Positions 1 through 7,610 of a stretch of DNA of 38,580 bases are shown here, piece after piece (positions within the stretch are counted from its first letter, which is position 1; each line of letters opens with the position of its first letter). Source of the DNA: an uncultured Candidatus Saccharibacteria bacterium (GTDB lineage: Bacteria > Patescibacteriota > Minisyncoccia > UBA6257 > UBA9933). Made by a program: the position numbers and the translations under genes. The stretch lies in NCBI GenBank assembly GCA_964367055.1, contig CAYIWD010000003.1, forward strand, positions 1 through 38,580, in the 5' to 3' direction. The notes below the pieces were generated by a model. It was not told the origin of the DNA. It did no database searches and saw only the letters and a program-made list of their open reading frames with translations.

Positions 1-11
1 GTTCTAGAATG

Positions 12-82
12 TGACCCTACGGGGAATTGAACCCCGACCTCAGCAATGCGAATGCTGTGTAATGCCGTTTTACTATAGGCCC
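12..82 (-). tRNA. tRNA-Ala(CGC), atypical acceptor stem
   Basis: Minus strand GGGCCTATAGTAAAACGGCATTACA CAGCA-TTCGCAT-TGCTG AGGT CGGGG-TTCAATT-CCCCG TAGGGTCA folds as a cloverleaf with anticodon CGC. No encoded CCA. Confidence 0.85.
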
Positions 83-88
83 AAAAAC

Positions 89-400
89 TTAATACGGCTG
101 ATTTTCAAAAATTCTCTTTATCCTCTGCACTTCTTTTCCCAAAATTTCGCTGTCTTCGTATTCGCCGGAATGAGCGGTGTAGCCGCCATACGACGGTTTT
201 TTCTGGTCCAGATGCAAATTTACAGAGACAGAATCGCGGTCGGCCTTCACAAACGCATGAAATTTTGGATAATCAGCGCCAGAAAGCCGGCGTTTAAATT
301 CTTCCTCGCCTGTTTTATTATCCATTCGCACAAAACTATATCCGGCGCTGCGCATCAAGTTCAATGAAGAATTTTTTATATTTTTAAAAACCAACCGCAT
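89..400 (-). CDS. hypothetical protein (103 aa)
   Basis: ATG-started ORF filling the gap between two same-strand tRNAs, with normal composition. No family recognised. Confidence 0.75.
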   Translation of the reverse strand: MRLVFKNIKNSSLNLMRSAGYSFVRMDNKTGEEEFKRRLSGADYPKFHAFVKADRDSVSVNLHLDQKKPSYGGYTAHSGEYEDSEILGKEVQRIKRIFENQPY

Positions 401-416
401 GTATTTTATTTTTCAG

Positions 417-487
417 TCGGACCGTCGGGAATCGAACCCGATCTTCATGAACCCGAATCATGTGTACTACCGGTATACTACGGTCCG
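417..487 (-). tRNA. tRNA-Pro(CGG)
   Basis: Acceptor CGGACCG/CGGTCCG with C1-G72 and A73. Anticodon arm CATGA-TTCGGGT-TCATG, T-loop TTCGATT. Confidence 0.95.
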
Positions 488-495
488 AATATTAT

Positions 496-2028
496 TTATT
501 TAACGTAATATTTTTTCTTCATTTCCTCCTCAACACCGCTTTCAAACTCGTCTTTTCTTTCGCCCGCTTTTTTTGCTAATTTTTTAAGCTCGGCGTCTGG
601 TAATATTCCTAAATCTTTAATCTTTAATTTTAAACCTTCAATATTATTTTTTTCCGGCTCTTCAATTACTTCGTCTAGTAAAATCGCCAAAATCTGCCCC
701 ACTTTTGGCCCAGCTGGAATACTTAAAATTCTCATCACATCATTACCGTTGACATTTAGCATTTTTGGCGAGAGCGGATCGTGTTTGACCTTCTCAATCA
801 TAAAAAGTAGGTGTCGATTTTTATAAGGCACCGCCTTGGGCGTGCCTGAGCCGATTCTATCCGCTTCGCGAAGTTTTAATAGATCATCTACATTTTCCGG
901 CCCCACCCGCGCCAAAAACCTTCTCACCCCAGCTTCTGAAACTTCGCCCACATTGTAATAAAACATATGATATCTGACAAGATGGCTAACTTTTTCTATC
1001 GTTTCTTTGGGGAAGCATAATATACCAAGCGCTCGAGCGGCCATTTTAGCGCTAAGTATTTCGTGTCCGTGAAAAGTCGCGTTATAACCTTCGCCTTGTT
1101 TGGTTTTGGGCTTGCCTAAATCATGTAATAAAGAAGCCAGGCGAATTTCCAGCGAATAATTTTGCTTGGCGGCATAATCAAGAGATCTGATATGGTGTTC
1201 AAATACTTCGTATATATGATGAAGATTTTGGGCGGCGCCGATGCCTTGTTCCAATTCGGGGAGAATATATTTTAATAGTCCTAATTTTTCTAAAAGCAAG
1301 ATGCCGCGGCTTGCTCCGGACGCCATAATTGTTTTTATAAATTCGTCGCGGATTCTTTCTTTGGCAATAATTTCTAAGAGCCCAGCGTGTTTTTCTATAG
1401 CTTCACTGGTTTTATTTTCAATCGTAAAATTAAGTTCAACCGCAAATCGCACCGCTCGCAACATTCGCAAAGCATCTTCAGTAAATCGTTTTTCTGGTTC
1501 ACCAACCGCGCGGATAAGTTTGCTTTCTAAATCTTTCTGGCCGTTAAACGAGTCAATTAATTCGTATTCATTCGTATCATTAGTATGCATTCGTATATTG
1601 GTATCACATTTTAATGCGATAGCATTAATCGTGAAATCGCGCCTAGCTAAATCTTCTTCTATTGTTCTGGCAAATTTGATTTCGTCCGGATGGCGTTTGT
1701 CGGTATATTTTCCTTCCAAGCGAAAAGTGGTAATTTCAACAATTTTTAGCGACAGTTCTTCGTTTTCTGTTTTTACGCCAACCGTGCCAAATTGGTTCTC
1801 GTAAACACTATCTGGAAAAATCTCTTGAATTTCTTCTGGCCTTGCGTTTGTCGCAATGTCCCAATCTTTGGGTCCGACCCGTCGGTCGGACTCCGACTGC
1901 GGTCGGAGTTCTTTTAGTAAAAGATCGCGAACGCAACCACCCACCAGATATGGCTGAAAATTAGCTTTAATCAATTGTTTTGCAATATCAATAATCTCTT
2001 TTGGGATTTTTAAATTCTTGATTTCCAT
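496..2028 (-). CDS. cca: CCA-adding tRNA nucleotidyltransferase with HD domain
   Basis: Motifs LVGGCVRD...PKDWDIAT, EITTFR, DLARRDFTINA, RFTEDALRMLRAVRF and LLHDLGK (HD). Confidence 0.93.
   Translation of the reverse strand: MEIKNLKIPKEIIDIAKQLIKANFQPYLVGGCVRDLLLKELRPQSESDRRVGPKDWDIATNARPEEIQEIFPDSVYENQFGTVGVKTENEELSLKIVEITTFRLEGKYTDKRHPDEIKFARTIEEDLARRDFTINAIALKCDTNIRMHTNDTNEYELIDSFNGQKDLESKLIRAVGEPEKRFTEDALRMLRAVRFAVELNFTIENKTSEAIEKHAGLLEIIAKERIRDEFIKTIMASGASRGILLLEKLGLLKYILPELEQGIGAAQNLHHIYEVFEHHIRSLDYAAKQNYSLEIRLASLLHDLGKPKTKQGEGYNATFHGHEILSAKMAARALGILCFPKETIEKVSHLVRYHMFYYNVGEVSEAGVRRFLARVGPENVDDLLKLREADRIGSGTPKAVPYKNRHLLFMIEKVKHDPLSPKMLNVNGNDVMRILSIPAGPKVGQILAILLDEVIEEPEKNNIEGLKLKIKDLGILPDAELKKLAKKAGERKDEFESGVEEEMKKKYYVK
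1561..1605. repeat. 45-bp ATACGAAT-type degenerate tandem repeat, in frame in cca
   Basis: TTCGTATTCATTCGTATCATTAGTATGCATTCGTATATTGGTATC is nearly identical to intergenic 4239-4284 and encodes DTNIRMHTNDTNEYE. Confidence 0.85.
1873..1908. repeat. double-hairpin element (36-bp variant), in frame in cca
   Basis: TCCGAC-CCGTCG-GTCGGA-CTCCGAC-TGCG-GTCGGAG, with the same stems as the copies at 2195, 27456 and 27901. Confidence 0.92.
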
Positions 2029-2091
2029 TGATTTTAATTATATATTATAAATTGGCAATTGGAAAATTAGGAATTAGAAATTTCAAAGTAT

Positions 2092-2163
2092 GCCCTTGTA
2101 GTGAAATGGATATCATCACTGCCTTCGAAGCAGTTGTTCCCCGTTCGAATCGGGGCAGGGGCA
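2092..2163 (+). tRNA. tRNA-Arg(TCG)
   Basis: Acceptor GCCCTTG/CAGGGGC, anticodon arm ACTGC-CTTCGAA-GCAGT, T arm CCCCG-TTCGAAT-CGGGG. Confidence 0.95.
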
Positions 2164-2174
2164 CAAAAATAAGA

Positions 2175-2233
2175 CCGCCCATAGCTCAATTTGGTCCGAC
2201 CGTAGTCGGACTCCGACAAGGGTCGGAGTAGAG
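2175..2233 (+). pseudogene. 5' tRNA fragment with 34-bp double hairpin (2195-2228) in the D-loop
   Basis: CCGCCCA-TA-GCTC-AATTTGG-[element]-TAGAG(C) gives the acceptor 5' strand plus D arm. It runs straight into tRNA-Lys. Confidence 0.85.
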
Positions 2234-2304
2234 CCCCCCATAACTTAACGGCAAAGTAGCTGCCTCTTAAGCAGTAAATCTAGGTTCGATTCCTAGTGGG
2301 GGGA
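2234..2304 (+). tRNA. tRNA-Lys(CTT)
   Basis: Acceptor CCCCCCA/TGGGGGG, anticodon arm GCTGC-CTCTTAA-GCAGT, T arm CTAGG-TTCGATT-CCTAG. Confidence 0.92.
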
Positions 2305-2326
2305 CATTAAAAAATCAAAAATCAAA

Positions 2327-2653
2327 ATGAGTCAATCTAATAATGTAAAAATCGTTTTATTTGTGCCTGAATCGCACGCGGACGTGGTTCGCGAAGTAAT
2401 CGGCAGTGCCGGCGCGGGAAAAATCGGCAACTATACTTATTGCAGTTTTTCTTCAAAGGGAATTGGACGATTTAAGCCAGAACAAGGCAGCCATCCAGCG
2501 ATTGGCGAGGTTGGTAAATTAGAGTCGGTGAAAGAGGAACGGATAGAATTTGTGTGCAGCCGCGACATCCTAAGGGACGTTATTGCGGCAATTAAGAAGG
2601 TACACCCTTACGAAGAAGTCGCGTTAGACATATATCCATTGGAAGAAATCTAG
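2327..2653 (+). CDS. stand-alone PII/CutA-like domain of the YqfO/NIF3 type
   Basis: KIVLFVP...AGAGKIGNYTYCSF...G.F.P and the terminal HPYEEVALD signature. Confidence 0.85.
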   Translation: MSQSNNVKIVLFVPESHADVVREVIGSAGAGKIGNYTYCSFSSKGIGRFKPEQGSHPAIGEVGKLESVKEERIEFVCSRDILRDVIAAIKKVHPYEEVALDIYPLEEI

Positions 2654-2704
2654 TACACGACTTTACTGATTTTATATTTCGGCTATAATTATTTAGCTTA
2701 ATAC

Positions 2705-2778
2705 GCGGGTATCGTATATCGGTATTACATCTGGTTGCCAATCAGATAAGAGGGGTTCGACTCCCCTTACCCGCTCCA
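2705..2778 (+). tRNA. tRNA-Gly(GCC), CCA encoded
   Basis: Acceptor GCGGGTA/TACCCGC, U73, CCA. Anticodon arm TCTGG-TTGCCAA-TCAGA. Confidence 0.95.
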
Positions 2779-2809
2779 AGAAACTAATTACTACTTTATT
2801 CGTTTTCTT

Positions 2810-3349
2810 ATGATAGATGGCGATAAAAATTTAATTGAAAAAGCCATTAAGGGTGAGGCTTCGGCTTTTGGCCTTCTTTACGATAAATATCAACCGCAGA
2901 TTTATCGGTTTATTTATCTTAAAGTAGGCCTTCGTGAGGAAGCCGAGGACCTCACCCACCAAGTTTTTTTAAAAAGTTGGCAGAATATAGAAAATTTTAA
3001 TTTTCAGGGCTTTCCGTTTTCCAGCTGGCTTTATTCAGTGGCTAGGCACCAAGTGATTGATTTTTACCGAACAAAAAAAACAAGCATTGTTTTGGAAGAA
3101 ATAGTGGAATTAAAAACCAATGATCCCTCAGCCGAAGAAGCGCTGGATAGCGAAGTAATCCTTGAAAAAGTTAAAAAAGCCATCGCTCAACTTGGCGATG
3201 AACAGCAGGATGTGATTATTTTGAGATTTATTGAGGATTTTTCTCTTCAAGAGGTGGCTTCAATTTTAGATAAAACAGAAGGCGCGGTTAAATTATTGCA
3301 GCATCGAGGCATTAAAAACTTAAGAAAAATATTAAATTCTAAGCCATAA
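2810..3349 (+). CDS. ECF-family RNA polymerase sigma factor
   Basis: Region 2 (AFGLLYDKY, AEDLTHQVFLK, FSSWLYSVARHQVIDFYR) and region 4 (QQDVIILRF, SLQEVASIL, GAVK). Confidence 0.93.
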   Translation: MIDGDKNLIEKAIKGEASAFGLLYDKYQPQIYRFIYLKVGLREEAEDLTHQVFLKSWQNIENFNFQGFPFSSWLYSVARHQVIDFYRTKKTSIVLEEIVELKTNDPSAEEALDSEVILEKVKKAIAQLGDEQQDVIILRFIEDFSLQEVASILDKTEGAVKLLQHRGIKNLRKILNSKP

Positions 3350-3354
3350 ATAAT

Positions 3355-3861
3355 ATGAATAACGATTTATTCAAAATTTTAAAAGAGTTAAAGGAAATTA
3401 AACCTAGTGCTGATTATTCCAAAAAGTCAAAGAAACTGCTTCTTTTGGAAATTAAGGCGGGTAAAAGGTATGGGTTTAAATTCGGAGATATTTTAACCAG
3501 TTTTTATTCCCGTAAATTTATTTTAAGCACAGTCAGTGCGATTGTTTTGCTTTTAATAATTTCTGGCGGTATTTATTATATTAAAAATCAAGCGAATGAA
3601 AGCGATTTAATTGTAAAAGCGAGCGAGGTAAACGCCTCAATTCAGGTGAAATTAAATGAAATTCAGTATTTAATAAAAAATCCTAACAACAATTTTGATG
3701 CTGGCAAAATCATAGTTATCCAATCATTACTTCAAAGAGCGGCAGATGATTTAAGGGCTGCGGTAAGTTCAAATTCTCAAGACTTAAATCAATCCTTAGA
3801 AAAGATAAAGGCAGTTCAAGAAATACTTAATCAAATTGATGCTTCGCCTATAAATAAATAA
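3355..3861 (+). CDS. probable single-pass anti-sigma-like membrane protein
   Basis: Starts 5 bp after the ECF sigma gene. Short cytoplasmic N-terminus, one TM segment (FILSTVSAIVLLLIISGGIYYI) and a helical C-terminus. Confidence 0.6.
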   Translation: MNNDLFKILKELKEIKPSADYSKKSKKLLLLEIKAGKRYGFKFGDILTSFYSRKFILSTVSAIVLLLIISGGIYYIKNQANESDLIVKASEVNASIQVKLNEIQYLIKNPNNNFDAGKIIVIQSLLQRAADDLRAAVSSNSQDLNQSLEKIKAVQEILNQIDASPINK

Positions 3862-3888
3862 TCCCGATATTCTCGGGATTATTTATTT
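3852..3888. terminator. bidirectional intrinsic terminator
   Basis: Perfect 16-bp inverted repeat AAATAAATAATCCCGA-TATTC-TCGGGATTATTTATTT between convergent genes. Confidence 0.85.
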
Positions 3889-3908
3889 CTTTGTAAAGCC
3901 TTTCTTTA

Positions 3909-4184
3909 TTATTTTACTGCTTCCTTAAGAACCTTGCCTGCCTTAAATTTTGGCTTGATTGCGGCGGCTATTTGTATTTTTTCTCCGGTTTTTGGGTTAA
4001 CACCCATTCGAGCCGCTCTTTTCACCACTCGAAAAGTACCAAAGCCAGCAATTGCCACTTCTTCGCCGCGAGCCAAGGTTTTAGTAATAGTATCAAAAAC
4101 AGCTTCTACGATTTCAGTGGCTTGTTTCTTAACCTCAATATTGCATGCTTTCATTATTGCTTCGGTAAGCGCTACTTTATTCAT
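3909..4184 (-). CDS. hup: DNA-binding protein HU
   Basis: MNK..L, GFGTF, RAARMGVNPKTGE and PKFKAGK.LK motifs. Confidence 0.97.
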   Translation of the reverse strand: MNKVALTEAIMKACNIEVKKQATEIVEAVFDTITKTLARGEEVAIAGFGTFRVVKRAARMGVNPKTGEKIQIAAAIKPKFKAGKVLKEAVK

Positions 4185-4192
4185 AGTAATCT

Positions 4193-4284
4193 GATACCAA
4201 TATACGAATGGATGCGAATTATACTAAATAAATACGAATTCGTATTCATTCGTATCATTTAGTATGAATTAGTATATTAGTATC
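4193..4284. repeat. 92-bp imperfect inverted repeat built of ATACGAAT-like units
   Basis: Left arm GATACCAATATACGAAT...AATACGAA, right arm TTCGTATT...AGTATATTAGTATC. It lies 8 bp upstream of the hup ATG. Confidence 0.85.
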
Positions 4285-4406
4285 TCATTTATTCTTTCGA
4301 CCTTTATATTTTAAGTACATCAAAATTATATAGTAAAAACCTAATTAAAACAAGGGCTTATTTGTTAATAATTTCTGGATATCTTTTTGGGCGAAAAAAC
4401 CTCATT

Positions 4407-5933
4407 TTATTTGGCGTATTCAACTGCCCTGACTTCTCTGATGACATTAACCTTGATTTCTCCTGGATATTTTAGTTCAGATTGTATCTTAGTCGCTATT
4501 TCTCTGGCTAATTGAAGGGCTTTGAAATCATCTATTTTTTCCGGCACCACAAAAACTCTTAATTCTCGGCCCGCTGAGATTGCATAAGCGCTTTTTACGC
4601 CCTCAAATTCTAAAGCAATTTTTTCTAAGTCCTCTAATCGTTTTAAATAATTTTCTAAGGTGTCCCTACGGGCGCCTGGCCGGCTAGCTGATAAAGTATC
4701 AGCTGCCGCCACAATATAAGCTTCCGCCGTGGCAAAGGGATATTCTTCATGATGTGGCTCCATCGCTTTAATAATCTCTTCTTCAACTCCGTATTTTTTA
4801 AGAATCCTCCTACCTAATTCAACGTGGCTGCCTTGAATTTCGTGGTCAACTGCCTTGCCAATATCGTGAAGTAGGGCGGCTTTTTTAGCTACCTCGACAT
4901 TTCTTCCTAATTCAGCCGCCATCATAGAGGCGAGGTATGCGGTTTCAATGGAATGAATTAAAACATTTTGACCATAACTAAGACGAAAATGTAAACGGCC
5001 TAATAATTGGATAATTTCTTTAGGTAAATCATATATCCCTGTTTCATAAGCCGCCGCCTCACCTAATTCAATTATTTTTTTATTTAATTCTTGTTTTGCT
5101 TCTTCGACTTTTTCTTCAATTTTGGCTGGTTGGATTCGTCCGTCTTTAATAAGTTTCTGTAGAGCTAATTTGGCAGTTTCCCTGCGCACCGGGTCAAAAG
5201 ACGAGATAATAATACTTTCCGGTGTTTCATCAATAATAAATTCCACGCCAGTGGCACGTTCTAAAGCCCTAATGTTTCTGCCTTCACGGCCAATGATTTT
5301 CCCTTTTATATCTTCGTCTCCAATGTTAAAAACTGTGGTAGTAATTTCTCCGACATGGGAGCGAGCGTATCTTTGAATGGCGGTTGTCATAATTTCTAAG
5401 CTTTTGCGTTCAATTTCTTCCCGCCTTTCATTTTCTAGCTTAGTAATTGTAGTGGCTAAATCTTGTTGATATTTTTCTTGGATGTCTTTCAAGAGAAATT
5501 TTTTAGCGTCAGATACAGAAAGACCGGTTATTTTTTCTAACTCAATTATGACTTTTTGTTTTAGGGTTTCTATTTCGGCTTTGGCAGTTTTTAATTTTTC
5601 TATATCCTGAAGAGTTTGATCTTCTCGATGCTTTAAATCAGAAGATTGCCCCTCTAATTGAGATTCTTTTTTTAAGAGTCGCTCTTCTAATCGGGTTAAT
5701 TGAGCCTTGTTTTCTCTTTCCTCTTTTTTAATCTCCTCTAAAAGAGTGGTTGATCTTTCTTGAGCTTCAAGAACTATTTCTTTGGATTTGGCCCTGGCTT
5801 CCTCAATCTGTTTTTTAATTCTTTGTTCTACGGAATTAGCTTGTCTAACAGCAATAAGCTGCCTGACAAAATAGCCAAGAACTGTTCCGAGTATAATTAA
5901 AGCGGCCCAAAAAATTGGACTTTGATAAATCAT
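4407..5933 (-). CDS. rny: ribonuclease Y
   Basis: N-terminal TM, coiled coil, KH domain (KGKIIGREGRNIR) and HD (LLHDIGK). ATG at 5933 preferred over TTG at 5942. Confidence 0.96.
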   Translation of the reverse strand: MIYQSPIFWAALIILGTVLGYFVRQLIAVRQANSVEQRIKKQIEEARAKSKEIVLEAQERSTTLLEEIKKEERENKAQLTRLEERLLKKESQLEGQSSDLKHREDQTLQDIEKLKTAKAEIETLKQKVIIELEKITGLSVSDAKKFLLKDIQEKYQQDLATTITKLENERREEIERKSLEIMTTAIQRYARSHVGEITTTVFNIGDEDIKGKIIGREGRNIRALERATGVEFIIDETPESIIISSFDPVRRETAKLALQKLIKDGRIQPAKIEEKVEEAKQELNKKIIELGEAAAYETGIYDLPKEIIQLLGRLHFRLSYGQNVLIHSIETAYLASMMAAELGRNVEVAKKAALLHDIGKAVDHEIQGSHVELGRRILKKYGVEEEIIKAMEPHHEEYPFATAEAYIVAAADTLSASRPGARRDTLENYLKRLEDLEKIALEFEGVKSAYAISAGRELRVFVVPEKIDDFKALQLAREIATKIQSELKYPGEIKVNVIREVRAVEYAK

Positions 5934-6065
5934 AAAATACAATTAAATTGTTCGCTAAATTCTTCATAATAAATCAGCAAATAATAAATCCGCTGTTAGT
6001 TTATTTTTGAATTGTGTTAGGAACGGTTATTTTGCGATATATTAATTATAGGTTAAAATAAAAGA

Positions 6066-7610
6066 ATGTCAAAAAGAACAGTCGTCCTTGTAATTTTAGA
6101 CGGTTGGGGGGTGGGGCAACCAAATGATTTTAACCCAATTTATGTTGTCAATCCGTCAAGTATAAATTATTTAAAAGCTAATTTCCCTAGTAGCTTACTC
6201 CAGGCATCAGGCATTAGCGTTGGCTTACCTTGGGGCGAGGAGGGTAATTCAGAAGTCGGGCATCTTAATTTGGGAGCCGGCAAAATTATTTATCAGTATT
6301 ATCCCAGAATCAGCTTATCAATTAGAGACGCCAGTTTTTTTGAGAATAAAGCTTTGCGGGGAGCATTTGAGCACGCCAAAAAGAATAACTCCAGCGTTAA
6401 TATTATTGGCCTACTGGGGCAGGGCAACGTTCATAGCTCTTTGGAGCATTTATCGGCGCTTATTGAATTCGCCAAAAAAGAAAATATCACCAAATTAAAT
6501 CTCCATCTTTTTACAGATGGCAGGGACAGCCCACCAGAGTCCACCTTAGAATTATTGTCTCAAATCCCCAAAGAAAAATTAGCGAGTTTAAGCGGCCGTT
6601 TTTATGCGATGGATAGAGAGGCTCACTGGGAACGAACCCAAAAAGCTTATTCTGTTTTAATAGGCGAAGGAGAGGTGGTTAGTAATATTGAAGCCCACAT
6701 TAAAGAAACCTACAGTCGAAAATTAAGCGATGAGTTCGTTGAGCCGATAAAAACCAAAGCTGATGGTGAGATTAAAAACAACGATGCTCTTATCTTTTTT
6801 AACTTTAGAGAAGACCGCATTCGGCAATTAGCAGCGGCTTTTATTAATAAAAACTTCACCAATTTTCCGGTAAAATCATTTAATAATATGCATATTGCGA
6901 CAATGACTGAATATGATAATGAATTTAAGGTGCCAATAGCATATCCTCCGGAAAAGATTGGGGTTTGTTTAAGTAAAATTTTATCAGACAACGAGAAAAC
7001 TCAGCTAAGAATCGCCGAAACTCAAAAATATCCCCATATCACATATTTTTTTAATGGATTAAAAGAAGAGCCCTTTAAAAATGAATATCGCGTGCTTATT
7101 CCGTCAAGAACCATTATTCGCCAAGATGAGCATCCGGAAATGATGGCGCAAGAAATTACTACTCGGGCCATTGAGTCAATTGGAGAAAAGGCCTTTGATT
7201 TCATTTTAATTAATTACGCCAATCCCGACATCATTGCCCATACCGGAAATTACGAGGCGTGTCTTCAGGCAGTAAAAATCATGGATAAACAAATTGAGAA
7301 AGTTGTAAAAACGGCTTTAGAAGCTGATGCCGTTTTAATTATCACCTCTGACCACGGTAATATGGAGAAAGTAATTGAGCCACTTACCGGCTTAATGGAA
7401 ACCCAACATGACCTGAGCCCAGTACCGATTTATATCGTGGCCAAAGAGTTTATGAAACAAAGGACTGAAGCCGAAATCAGGCAGTCAGAAAAAGAAACCA
7501 TCGGCATTTTGGCTGATGTAGCGCCGACAATTTTGGAATTAATGGGAATTAATAAACCTGAAGAAATGACTGGTCAAAGTTTATTAAAGTCTCTAGTGGC
7601 TAATCCTTAG
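6066..7610 (+). CDS. gpmI: 2,3-BPG-independent phosphoglycerate mutase
   Basis: ILDGWG, GNSEVGH, TDGRD, GRFYAMDR, NFREDR and TSDHGN motifs. Confidence 0.96.
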   Translation: MSKRTVVLVILDGWGVGQPNDFNPIYVVNPSSINYLKANFPSSLLQASGISVGLPWGEEGNSEVGHLNLGAGKIIYQYYPRISLSIRDASFFENKALRGAFEHAKKNNSSVNIIGLLGQGNVHSSLEHLSALIEFAKKENITKLNLHLFTDGRDSPPESTLELLSQIPKEKLASLSGRFYAMDREAHWERTQKAYSVLIGEGEVVSNIEAHIKETYSRKLSDEFVEPIKTKADGEIKNNDALIFFNFREDRIRQLAAAFINKNFTNFPVKSFNNMHIATMTEYDNEFKVPIAYPPEKIGVCLSKILSDNEKTQLRIAETQKYPHITYFFNGLKEEPFKNEYRVLIPSRTIIRQDEHPEMMAQEITTRAIESIGEKAFDFILINYANPDIIAHTGNYEACLQAVKIMDKQIEKVVKTALEADAVLIITSDHGNMEKVIEPLTGLMETQHDLSPVPIYIVAKEFMKQRTEAEIRQSEKETIGILADVAPTILELMGINKPEEMTGQSLLKSLVANP

